From an uncultured Intrasporangiaceae bacterium (GTDB lineage Bacteria > Actinomycetota > Actinomycetes > Actinomycetales > Dermatophilaceae): a DNA stretch of 46,574 nucleotides. The stretch spans positions 1-46,574 of the forward strand of contig CAYPQR010000001.1 in NCBI GenBank assembly GCA_964412865.1. Direction: 5' to 3'. Below are positions 22,563 to 31,108 of the stretch, in pieces. The notes beneath the pieces are model-generated. The model searched no databases. It saw only the letters and a program-made list of their open reading frames with translations, and had not been told where the DNA came from. The stretch's first letter is position 1, and each line of letters opens with the position of its first letter. The translations under genes were made by a program, and so were the position numbers.

Positions 22563-23920
22563 GGGCACCACCGTTCCGGCTCGACCGCACGCGCCGCTCC
22601 GGCCGCCGCGACGACGCGGTCGACCATCTCGGGCGCGACGCCGGCCGGGGGCCCGCCGACCCACGCGTCGGCTTCGGACTCGGTGGCGATTCCGGACTCG
22701 ACCACCTGTGCGGCGAGGTCGCCGCCCTCGTCGGAGGCCGAGAGGTCCTGCAGCATCCGCTGCGCCCGATGCTTGCCCTCACGCGCCGCGAGACCGGCGA
22801 GCAGCCGCTCGGACGTGATCTGCGCACGCATACGCTCGACACCCGCAGCCATCGCCTCGACATCCACGCGGAGGCCCTTGGCAAGACGCAACGCGGTGCG
22901 CAGGGAGACCGCGGTCAGCTCGCACACCTCCGGCAGCGCGATCCACTCGGCCTTCCACGCGCGCCCATCTCGCTCGTGCGCACCCGCCATACCCTCGACG
23001 AGCACTGCGGCGCTGGCACGGGCCAGCCGCGCCAGGGTGTCAAGGTGCTCGCTGGCCTCCGGATTGTGCTTGTGCGGCATGGTGATCGAACCGACGGCGT
23101 CCGGGTCCATCGGCTCGTGCAGCTCTCCGATCTCGGGGCGGCAGAGTTCGTAGACCTCGTCTCCGAACCGAGCGAGCGTGCTGCAGACCATCGCGAGGAC
23201 GGTGCCGAACTCGGCGATCCGGTCGCGGGCCGTGAGCCATGAGATGTCCGGTTCACCGAGGCCGAGTTCGATGCAGAATTCGTGACGCAACCTGAGGGCG
23301 TCCGCGCCGAAGAAGCCGAGGGTCCCGACGGCGCCGCCGAGCTGGCCGACCAGCAGACGCCGGCGAGCCTCACGGAGCCGCTGCACGTGACGGCGCACCT
23401 CGTCCGCCCAGCCGGCCGCCTTGAATCCGAAGGTGATCGGCGCTCCGGGCTGACCGTGCGTGCGACCCAGCATGACCGTGTCGCGGTGCCGCTGCGCGAG
23501 CTGCAGGAAGGCCTCCTCGAGGGCCCTCAGGTCTCGCCAGACGATCGAACCGACGTCGCGAATGACGAGGGCGAACCAGGTGTCCGTCAGATCCTGGACC
23601 GTGGTGCCGTAATACACGTATTCACGGGCCGGTTCGGGCAGCTGCCGCTGCAGTGCGTGGATGAGTCCGAGCGTCGAGTGCGAGGTCGACCGGGTCTGCT
23701 CGGCAATCAGATCGAGATCCAGGCTCGAGGCATCCATCCGCGCGCAGATCGTCTCTGCGGCGTCCGACGGGATGATGCCGACCCGCGCCTGTGCTCTCGC
23801 GAGCGCAGCAAGGATTGCGACCCAACTCGCCAGACGGGCTCGCTCACCGAGGATGCCCTCGAGCTCGGGTGTCCCCCAAAGATGGCCGTATTGGCGCGAG
23901 TCGCTCAGACGGGTTCCCAT
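22559..23920 (-). CDS. Adenylosuccinate-lyase-like aspartase/fumarase-superfamily enzyme (XcbD-like)
   Basis: YYGTTVQDLTDT, GRTHGQPG.PITFG, GGAVGT, GSITMPHKHNP and HERDG motifs. Confidence 0.88.
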   Translation of the reverse strand: MGTRLSDSRQYGHLWGTPELEGILGERARLASWVAILAALARAQARVGIIPSDAAETICARMDASSLDLDLIAEQTRSTSHSTLGLIHALQRQLPEPAREYVYYGTTVQDLTDTWFALVIRDVGSIVWRDLRALEEAFLQLAQRHRDTVMLGRTHGQPGAPITFGFKAAGWADEVRRHVQRLREARRRLLVGQLGGAVGTLGFFGADALRLRHEFCIELGLGEPDISWLTARDRIAEFGTVLAMVCSTLARFGDEVYELCRPEIGELHEPMDPDAVGSITMPHKHNPEASEHLDTLARLARASAAVLVEGMAGAHERDGRAWKAEWIALPEVCELTAVSLRTALRLAKGLRVDVEAMAAGVERMRAQITSERLLAGLAAREGKHRAQRMLQDLSASDEGGDLAAQVVESGIATESEADAWVGGPPAGVAPEMVDRVVAAAGAARAVEPERWCP

Positions 23921-24831
23921 GTCGGCTCCCAAGTGTCAGCGAGTGCGCGCAGGGCCTGCTCGACCTGGCCGAGAGACGCGCCCCAGGGGACGGTGACCTG
24001 TCCGCCGTCCACCCGGATCTCGTGCTCGAGCTGGTCGCACTTCGTCAGCAGCGCGCCGTCCACCGGTGCGCGATGTCCGGGGCACATGTCGATGAAGGAG
24101 GCGGCGCGATGGCCATAGAACGATTCGTGGATCTGCTGCGAGCGCTCTGGTCCGATGAGCGTCCAGCGGTGCTCGGCCGGATGCTCGTCGAGATAGAACA
24201 CCTCCGCCCCCGGCATCGCGAGACCACTGCCCCGGCAAGGCACGAGATAGCAGTCTGCAGGCCGAGCCGCCGCGAGGCCGGCCAGATCGACGACGTCCGG
24301 AACCAACTCGATCGGCGGGAGCTCCTCGGCGACGGTCAGCACCCTGCGAGCCTGATCGAGTAGCTTCGGCGGCTCGGGAGGCGTGACTTCGCGCACGGTG
24401 ACCCTCAACGGCCGAGGGTTGATGATGAAGCTGACATGCTCATAGAGCCCTTGGACGACCACGGCCGGGCGCTCGGTCCGTGCTCCCGCCGCTGCCGCCG
24501 CGAGCGCTGACGGGATGGCCGTGTCGGTCTGTGGACTGTGCAGGTACGTGCAGTCGTCCGGCGCGGCGATCACCTGGACCCGGGTTATCGGTGCGAAAAG
24601 CGCATCGGGGTCATCGCGCCACACTCGGGCGATCGCTGTCAGGCCCTCGTTGCGCGCGACGACGAAACGAGTCCGCCGATATGCGGGGATGCCGAGCAGG
24701 TGTGAGGAGAGCGACCCCGGGTCGAGCGGGATATCGAGGCGGGAGACCGCGACTCCGCGGTATCTGCCCGGGACGACATTGTGGCCAGGCATCCCGGTGA
24801 GTGGCTGTGCGTCCGTCAGATCGGCAGCCAT
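23905..24831 (-). CDS. Hypothetical protein (308 aa) with several Cys motifs, inside the comA operon
   Basis: Overlaps both neighbours by 16 nt. Contains YLVPCRGSG, DMCPGH and LTKCDQLE; no family recognised. Confidence 0.82.
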   Translation of the reverse strand: MAADLTDAQPLTGMPGHNVVPGRYRGVAVSRLDIPLDPGSLSSHLLGIPAYRRTRFVVARNEGLTAIARVWRDDPDALFAPITRVQVIAAPDDCTYLHSPQTDTAIPSALAAAAAGARTERPAVVVQGLYEHVSFIINPRPLRVTVREVTPPEPPKLLDQARRVLTVAEELPPIELVPDVVDLAGLAAARPADCYLVPCRGSGLAMPGAEVFYLDEHPAEHRWTLIGPERSQQIHESFYGHRAASFIDMCPGHRAPVDGALLTKCDQLEHEIRVDGGQVTVPWGASLGQVEQALRALADTWEPTWEPV

Positions 24832-25589
24832 TGTCGACTCAGTCCGAAGGTGTCGGCGCGCAGTCCGAGGCGCAGCGTCTCGAGCGCGATCGCCTGTGTT
24901 GCGGCCACGTTGGCGAGGTTGACGCTCGGGCCGAACTCATGGATGAACCACGCTTGTTGATCCTTGCGGGGCGCCTCGAAGAAGATGGTCTCCACTCCCC
25001 CGGCGCGGGTGATGGCAGCGACGATGTCGGGGCGCACCGTCCCGTCCTCTTGGTATACGCCGACGGAACCGCTCTCGCGGCCTTCGGCGATGACCCACCG
25101 GGCACCGGCATCCCGGTCGCCGGCGATCTCCTCCGTCCACTGATGGGCGGACAGCTCCTCATGGGAGTCCTTGCGCCCGACCTCGGAGAACACGGCGAAT
25201 GAGCGTGCGGCCTGCCGGATCAGCGCATGCTTCTCGGACACTTCCATGGCGGCGACACCGCGTGACACCTCGACCGAGACGAACCCGGCGTCGCGGGCCC
25301 ATGCGAGGCAGTCCGCTGCCTTACCCTGTGCCCATGCGACCTCGAGCATGGTGCCTCCGAGGCAGGTTCGGATGTCGTGCGCCGCGAGAAGCGCCAGTTT
25401 GGCCCGAAGTGTCGGGTCGACATAGGCGGTGCCCCAACCGCACTTCCACACGTCCAGATATCCGGAGGCGGCGTCGAGGATTCCCGTCATCGTCTGCAGA
25501 TCGATCCCGTTGTCCAGCACATGCGTCATCCCGGTGGATCTGGGTTTGCTGGAGCGGGGCGGCAGATCCAGGAAGCTTGGCAGCGACAT
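24816..25589 (-). CDS. comA: Phosphosulfolactate synthase (CoM biosynthesis protein A)
   Basis: LPPR..KPR.TG.THVLD.G, YLDVWKCGWGT, GGTMLE, VEVS.G, SEVGRK, VIAEGRESG, FEAP.K.QQ, GP.VNLAN and LETLRLGLRADT motifs. Confidence 0.95.
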   Translation of the reverse strand: MSLPSFLDLPPRSSKPRSTGMTHVLDNGIDLQTMTGILDAASGYLDVWKCGWGTAYVDPTLRAKLALLAAHDIRTCLGGTMLEVAWAQGKAADCLAWARDAGFVSVEVSRGVAAMEVSEKHALIRQAARSFAVFSEVGRKDSHEELSAHQWTEEIAGDRDAGARWVIAEGRESGSVGVYQEDGTVRPDIVAAITRAGGVETIFFEAPRKDQQAWFIHEFGPSVNLANVAATQAIALETLRLGLRADTFGLSRQWLPI

Positions 25590-25610
25590 ATGACTTATGA
25601 TAAACGTCTC
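25590..25610. promoter_or_regulatory. Overlapping divergent -10 elements (leaderless comA operon and AIR-synthase-like gene)
   Basis: Minus strand TATCAT, 7 nt, then the comA ATG; plus strand TATGAT at 25596-25601. AT-rich patch in a 61-nt intergenic gap. Confidence 0.55.
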
Positions 25611-25650
25611 GTCCACTTTCCGACAGCAACACGCGCAGATGGGAGCGACC

Positions 25651-26625
25651 ATGGCAGCACCCCATGGCGTGGATGACGTCACCTCGCTGGCCGTTGTTCT
25701 CCGCAACAATCCGTCGCTGACGGCCAAGCGGGAAATCGCGCTGGTCGGTGACGTGCTCGGCCGTGGTGACTGGATCACCGGCCCGGGCGATGACGGAGCA
25801 GTCATCACGACCGATCCTCCGCAGGCGCAGGACATCATCGCGTGCGGAGAGGCGCTGCTGCCCGCCTTCGTCCAGGCCGACCCGTATGGTGCGGGACTCG
25901 CCGCCGTGCTGACCAATGTCAATGATCTGGCCGCCATGGGAGCAATCCCCGTCGGCATCGTCGACACCGTCGTCGCCGGCGAGTCCGTCGCCCGCGAGGT
26001 GCTCGAGGGCTTGCGCGCGGGGAGCGAGATGTATGAGGTGCCCCTCGTGGGCGGACATCTGACGATGCATGACGGTGCGCCGGCGTTGTCCGCGTTCGGC
26101 ATCGGGCGCGCGCCGCGCCCGCTCTCGTCGACCGCTGCCGCCCCCGGACAGACATTGTTGCTGGCGTGTTGCACGGAGGGGACGATGCGGGGGGACTTTC
26201 CCTTCTTCGCGTCGTTCGACCAGCGCGGCGAGCACCTCGCCGAGGATGTGCGCACCCTCGCCGCGGTGGCCGAGACCGGGTCGTGTGTGGCGGCGAAGGA
26301 CGTCAGCATGGCAGGTGTGATCGGCTCGCTCGCCATGCTCCTGGAGCACCGCGGGCTCGGTGTCACCGTCGACCTGGACGTCCTGCCGCGGCCCGCCGAC
26401 GTGCCACTCGAATGGTGGCTGACCTGCTTCCCCGCCTTCGCCTTCCTGCTGTGCGCACCTGCGGACCGGGCCGAGGAGTGCGCCGCCGCGTTCACCGGGC
26501 GCGGGCTGCGGGCGGCCGCCATCGGACGACTCGACGACAGCGGCGTGCTCGCGATCCGAGCCGGACGCGAGACCGCCGCCGTCCTCGATCTGCGAGTCGA
26601 CACGGTGACCGGCCTTCCGCGCTGA
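25651..26625 (+). CDS. AIR-synthase-related protein (Sll0787 / NitF / MSMEG_0567 C-terminal family)
   Basis: GDDGAV, TNVNDLAAMG, PLVGGH, AAKDVSMAG..GSL.MLLE and WLTCFP motifs. Confidence 0.88.
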   Translation: MAAPHGVDDVTSLAVVLRNNPSLTAKREIALVGDVLGRGDWITGPGDDGAVITTDPPQAQDIIACGEALLPAFVQADPYGAGLAAVLTNVNDLAAMGAIPVGIVDTVVAGESVAREVLEGLRAGSEMYEVPLVGGHLTMHDGAPALSAFGIGRAPRPLSSTAAAPGQTLLLACCTEGTMRGDFPFFASFDQRGEHLAEDVRTLAAVAETGSCVAAKDVSMAGVIGSLAMLLEHRGLGVTVDLDVLPRPADVPLEWWLTCFPAFAFLLCAPADRAEECAAAFTGRGLRAAAIGRLDDSGVLAIRAGRETAAVLDLRVDTVTGLPR

Positions 26626-26635
26626 GCACGCCCGC

Positions 26636-27193
26636 TCAGTGGCGGATCCCCGCCGACAGTTCCCGCACGGCTCGCGAGCCGTCCTCCGGCGCCGGCAGGT
26701 CGATCGACATGCGCTGGTGCGCCAGACCGACATACATCTCGGGATCCCCGTCGGCCAGCCACCCCAGATGCGTGAAGAACCTGACGTTGGGCAATTGGAT
26801 GTGCGCCACCATGCGATCGCCGCCGTGGGCACCGGCGGTGGCGACGGCGCAGCGCACCAGCGGGGCTCCGACCCCGTGCACCCGGAACGGCGGCAGGACA
26901 CAGAGTCTGTCGCCCTGCCAGAGCCCGTGCTCGTCGCCGAGCGGGAAAAGCCGCACGGCGCCGGCGGGCATTCCGTCGTAGCAGCCGAGCAGATGGATCG
27001 TGTGCGCGTCGTCGTCGTGCGGGTCACGATCCGAACCGGTGAAGACGGCCTGCTCCCCCACGAACACCTCCTGCCTGATCCGGTGATGCACCGCGAGGTC
27101 TTCCGACGAGTCGGCGGGGCAACAGGTGATGAGACCGCCGGACCGGATCGAGGCAACGTCCGCGCTGCCCGGTGACAGTGTCACGTCGCTCAC
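26636..27193 (-). CDS. GNAT N-acetyltransferase (Sll0786 / NitE / MSMEG_0567 N-terminal family)
   Basis: IRQEVFVGEQ.VF.GSDRD..D, GAVRL, LVRCAV.TA and AHIQ..NVRFF..LGW motifs; GTGA-coupled to the radical SAM gene. Confidence 0.88.
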   Translation of the reverse strand: MSDVTLSPGSADVASIRSGGLITCCPADSSEDLAVHHRIRQEVFVGEQAVFTGSDRDPHDDDAHTIHLLGCYDGMPAGAVRLFPLGDEHGLWQGDRLCVLPPFRVHGVGAPLVRCAVATAGAHGGDRMVAHIQLPNVRFFTHLGWLADGDPEMYVGLAHQRMSIDLPAPEDGSRAVRELSAGIRH

Positions 27194-28347
27194 GCGCCGT
27201 CGGCCGTCGTGAGTGGCTCGAATGCGCGCATCCCCGAGCAGGCTTGGCAGCGCGCACAACCCGCCTTCGCAACCGTCGAATACATACCACGCCGAGCCAT
27301 GTATGACACGACGTCACGATTGATCCTGGTCGTGTATGCCGTGTCGGGCGGCGACACGTCGGCCATCAGGCTGCCGGCGACCGGCCGTAGCGGCACCACG
27401 AAGGGATACACCCCGATGTCGATGGCACGACGACACCCGTCGATGGTGACGTCGGGATCCTCGCCCATGCCGAGGATGACGTAGGTCGTCACCTGCCCCT
27501 TGCCGAAGATCTCGACCGCCCGCTCCCAGGTCTCGAAATATCGCTCGATGCCGGTGCGATACTTTCCGGGCGCGACATGCTCCAGCACTCGCGGGTCGAA
27601 CGTCTCGACATGAATGCCGAGGGTGTCGATGCCCAGGTCATGGATCTCTTCGAGCACCTCGAGGTCGCGCGGCGGCTCGAACTGCACCTCGACGGGCAGA
27701 CCGGTCGCCTCCTTCACGGCATGCCCGCACCGGGCGACGTAGCGCGCTCCACGGTCGGGTGCCTTGGAGCTTCCGGTGGTCAGCGTGACGTCGACGGCGC
27801 CGTCGAGATCCCTTGCCGCGAGGGCGACTTCGGCCAACTGTTCGGGCGTCTTCTTCACGATCGTCCGACCGGCCTGCAGTGAGAGCTCGATCCCGCAGAA
27901 CTTGCACTGGTCTTCCGTGCCCCAGTAGGTGCACGTCTGCACCACGGTGCTCGCGAACGAATCGAGGTGCAGCAGCCCGATCTTCCAATACGGGATCCCG
28001 TCATCGGTCTGCAGGTCGTAGAACCGTGGTCGTTCCTGGCCGTGGGCGTCCGCGAGACGGACACCATCGCGGTAGATCCCGTAGCCGTCGTCCTCCGCCT
28101 TCAGCACGAACGGGGAGTCCGCGGCCGTCGCGTTGTCGGTCGGCACGGTGAGCGAATAGCCGCCCACCCACAATTGACCGGAGTCCGACGGTCCCGCGCC
28201 GCCACGGCGGCCCTCGATCGGCGACTCGACCCGCAGACCGTGGGCCTGCAGGTCGACCAGTAACTCTGCGAGTGCACTCTGTGCGCGCCGGTCCTCATCG
28301 GTGGATGTCGTCCGAGGAGCAGGGCCACCAGCCATCTGAATACTCAT
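27190..28347 (-). CDS. Radical SAM protein, MSMEG_0568 / NitD family
   Basis: GRRGGAGPSD, PRFYDLQT.DGIPYWKI, STVVQTC-x8-C-x2-C, YPFVVPLRP and C-terminal AGCARCQACS. Confidence 0.93.
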   Translation of the reverse strand: MSIQMAGGPAPRTTSTDEDRRAQSALAELLVDLQAHGLRVESPIEGRRGGAGPSDSGQLWVGGYSLTVPTDNATAADSPFVLKAEDDGYGIYRDGVRLADAHGQERPRFYDLQTDDGIPYWKIGLLHLDSFASTVVQTCTYWGTEDQCKFCGIELSLQAGRTIVKKTPEQLAEVALAARDLDGAVDVTLTTGSSKAPDRGARYVARCGHAVKEATGLPVEVQFEPPRDLEVLEEIHDLGIDTLGIHVETFDPRVLEHVAPGKYRTGIERYFETWERAVEIFGKGQVTTYVILGMGEDPDVTIDGCRRAIDIGVYPFVVPLRPVAGSLMADVSPPDTAYTTRINRDVVSYMARRGMYSTVAKAGCARCQACSGMRAFEPLTTADGA

Positions 28348-28380
28348 GCTCAGGCCTTCCATACATACACTCCACGACAT

Positions 28381-28580
28381 GAGTCGTGTCCTTTAAGACA
28401 AGCTGCTCCCCGGCGCACTGTCAAGGATGTGTTTGTTTCCTTGCCTGGAATCTGGCCCGTACAAACGAGATTCCGTCTCTTGTTTGAGGGATTCGCGTCT
28501 ACTATGCTACATGTATACGTCATATGGTTTATGCCTCGTCGGGTCGTCACCGGGCATCCTGAACGACCCGGGGCAAGGAG
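28381..28580. promoter_or_regulatory. AT-rich divergent promoter region between the radical SAM operon and the carbamate kinase operon
   Basis: Minus-strand TTGACA (plus 28419-28424), TGTC-N6-GACA repeat at 28387-28400, TACATGTA palindrome near 28508 and RBS AAGGAG at 28575-28580. Confidence 0.5.
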
Positions 28581-28589
28581 TTGGGCAAC

Positions 28590-29573
28590 GTGTCGAAGCT
28601 GGCCGTCGTGGCGCTCGGAGGCAACGCCTTCACGGTCGAGAACGAGGCCGGCCGCTATGAGGATCAGGCCCGGCACGCCGCCGCCATGGCCACGCTGATC
28701 GGCGACATGCTGGCCGACGGCTGGGGTCTCGCGCTGGTGCACGGCAACGGTCCCCAGGTCGGCAACCTGGCCATCCAACAGGAGGACGGTGCCGCGCTCG
28801 TGCCTCCACAACCGCTGTTTTCATTGGTCGCCATGACCCAGGGCGAACTGGGCAGCCTCATCGCGCTCGCCGTGCGCAACGCCACGGGGCGGACCGACGT
28901 CACGGGCGTGGTGACGCATGTCGTGGTCGACCCCGAGGACCAGGCATTCAGCGACCCCTCCAAACCGATCGGCCCGTTCCTGCGGGAGCAGGATGCGAAG
29001 CGACTGGCCCAGGAGCGCGGATGGAAGATCCGCGAGGACTCCGGTCGCGGCTGGCGGCGCATCGTCGCCTCGCCGCGGCCGGTGCGCATCGTCGAGGTCG
29101 ACGCGATACGGCAGCTGCTGCACTCGGGCCAGGTGGTGGTGACCGGTGGGGGCGGCGGCATTCCCGTCGTCCGTGGGGGCAGCGGCCGCCTCGAATGCAC
29201 CGATGCCGTCATCGACAAGGATTACGTCGCCTCGGAGCTGGCCGCCGCGGTCGACGCCCGCGCACTGGTGATGGTCACCGCGGTCGACTCCGTGCATCTC
29301 GACTTCGGCACGCCGGACCAGCGGCCCATCGCCCAGATGGACGTCGAGGAGGCGGAGCGGCACCTGGCGGAGGGCCAGTTCCCGGAGGGCAGCATGGGCC
29401 CGAAGATCCGCGCGGCCAGCTACTTCCTGCGCCACGGGGGTGATCTGGCCGTCATCACGACCGCAGCCCGCGCAGCCCGCGGATTGCGCTGCGCCGACCC
29501 GGACGACACGTCTGCCGGCACTCGTCTGGTGCGCCACCGGGCGGATGCCCCGTCACGAGGGAGGACGTCGTGA
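28590..29573 (+). CDS. arcC: Carbamate kinase (ArcC/YahI/AllK-like)
   Basis: VVALGGNA, HGNGPQVG, PSKPIGPF, WRRIVASP.P, GGGGIPV, AVIDKD and GSMGPKI motifs. Confidence 0.95.
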   Translation: MSKLAVVALGGNAFTVENEAGRYEDQARHAAAMATLIGDMLADGWGLALVHGNGPQVGNLAIQQEDGAALVPPQPLFSLVAMTQGELGSLIALAVRNATGRTDVTGVVTHVVVDPEDQAFSDPSKPIGPFLREQDAKRLAQERGWKIREDSGRGWRRIVASPRPVRIVEVDAIRQLLHSGQVVVTGGGGGIPVVRGGSGRLECTDAVIDKDYVASELAAAVDARALVMVTAVDSVHLDFGTPDQRPIAQMDVEEAERHLAEGQFPEGSMGPKIRAASYFLRHGGDLAVITTAARAARGLRCADPDDTSAGTRLVRHRADAPSRGRTS

Positions 29574-31108
29574 CCGAGGCCATCAGGCTGTTCTCGGACA
29601 CCTACGTGGACTCCGTGGTCGCCCTGCGAGGCATGCGAGCGATGCGCGAAACGGCGGGCGTGCGATGGGCGACGGCCGTCGCCGCGACGCCCGCGAATCT
29701 GGCCGCCCTGCGCGAGGACGGCATCGCCGACGACCGGCTCGAGAACGCGACCGCGAACGACTTCTGCCTCGCCGTGCGCGCCGACGACGGCGACGCCGCG
29801 GACAACGCCCTGGAGGCCGGGCGACAGGCGGTCTTCGCGGCACGCCCGCAAGAGGCCGACGCCACGCGGCGAGCACCTCGAACGGTCCGGGACGCAGTCG
29901 CCGCGGCACCGGATGCCAACGTCGCGATCGTTTCGGTGCCCGGCGACTACGCGGCGCTGGCGGCCTACCAGGCGCTGGACGCCGGGATGCATGTGCTGCT
30001 GTTCAGCGACAACGTGCCGCTCGCCGACGAGGTCGCGCTGAAGACGTATGCGCGAGCCCGTGGCCTGCTCGTCATGGGCCCGGGTGCCGGCACGGCGATG
30101 CTCGCCGGCACCGGTCTGGGCTTCGCCAACAGCGTCCGCAAGGGCCCGGTCGGCGTCGTGGCCGCCGCCGGCACCGGGGCCCAGGAGGCCATGACACTGC
30201 TCCATCGCTGGGGCCTCGGCGTCAGCCAGGTGATCGGCGTCGGCGGACGCGACCTGAGCACGGACGTCGACGGGCGCATGGCCCGATCCGGAGTCGAATA
30301 CCTGCGCGACGATCCCGACACCGATGTGATCCTGCTGGTCTCCAAGCCCCCGGCTCGGGAGGTCGCCCAGAAGGTGATCGAGGCTGCGGGCGAGACACCC
30401 ATGGTGGCGGCCCTCATCGGACTCGACGAACACGGTCTCACCGCACCCGAAACGGTGACGCTTACCGGCACCCTGGAGTCCGGGGTGGCGGCGACGCTGA
30501 GGACCCTCGGACGGACACCGCCCGACACGACGCTCCTGGCCGGACCCTCACTCGCCGACGCATCGGCGAGGATCGGCCCGGGACGCAAGACCGTCCGCGG
30601 GCTCTTCTCCGGAGGCACCCTCTGCTACGAGTCGCTGGTCATTCTGAGTCGACGGCTCGGGGAAGTCCGTTCGAACACCCCCATCAACCCCGACTGGGGG
30701 CTACCCGCACCACCCGGCAGTCACCAGTGCCTCGATCTGGGCGAAGAGGAATACACCCGCGGGCGGCCGCATCCGATGATCGACCCGGAGGCGCGGATCG
30801 AGGTGCTGCGCGAGCACGCGGCCGACGACGATGTCGCCGCGATCATCCTCGACGTCGTGCTGGGATACGGCTCCAACGCCGATCCTGCCGGTGCACTCGC
30901 CCCCGTCTGCGCCGACATCATGTCGAGCGGCGGACCACAGATCGTGACCTACGTCCTCGGCACCGATCGCGACCCACAGCGACGTCGCGCGCAACGTGAC
31001 ACACTCGTGGATGCCGGCTGTATCGTCACCGAAACGGCGGCACGCGCATCGCTTGCCGCGGCGGCCCTTGCGACCGGTGACCTGTCGTTGATCGAGAGTT
31101 CGCTATGA
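29570..31108 (+). CDS. FdrA/YahF-family protein (acyl-CoA-synthetase-like; AllF-like subunit)
   Basis: YVDSV, SVPGDYA, LFSDNV, LVMGPG.GT, IGVGGRDLS, GLFSGGTL, DLG..EYTRGRPHPMIDP and LDVVLGYG motifs. Confidence 0.93.
   Translation: MTEAIRLFSDTYVDSVVALRGMRAMRETAGVRWATAVAATPANLAALREDGIADDRLENATANDFCLAVRADDGDAADNALEAGRQAVFAARPQEADATRRAPRTVRDAVAAAPDANVAIVSVPGDYAALAAYQALDAGMHVLLFSDNVPLADEVALKTYARARGLLVMGPGAGTAMLAGTGLGFANSVRKGPVGVVAAAGTGAQEAMTLLHRWGLGVSQVIGVGGRDLSTDVDGRMARSGVEYLRDDPDTDVILLVSKPPAREVAQKVIEAAGETPMVAALIGLDEHGLTAPETVTLTGTLESGVAATLRTLGRTPPDTTLLAGPSLADASARIGPGRKTVRGLFSGGTLCYESLVILSRRLGEVRSNTPINPDWGLPAPPGSHQCLDLGEEEYTRGRPHPMIDPEARIEVLREHAADDDVAAIILDVVLGYGSNADPAGALAPVCADIMSSGGPQIVTYVLGTDRDPQRRRAQRDTLVDAGCIVTETAARASLAAAALATGDLSLIESSL

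Noticed and set aside
20098-23920. Annotation as housekeeping argH and purB
   Set aside because: Altered catalytic motifs and coupling to comA and a PLP desulfhydrase homolog point to a specialised pathway; no other arg or pur genes are nearby.
24816-26762. 648-aa ORF suggesting a ComA fusion
   Set aside because: The upstream part is antisense to the AIR-synthase-like gene; ComA homology starts at 25589.
28590-29573. Arginine deiminase (arc) operon
   Set aside because: No arcA, arcB or arcD; the kinase is coupled to FdrA instead.
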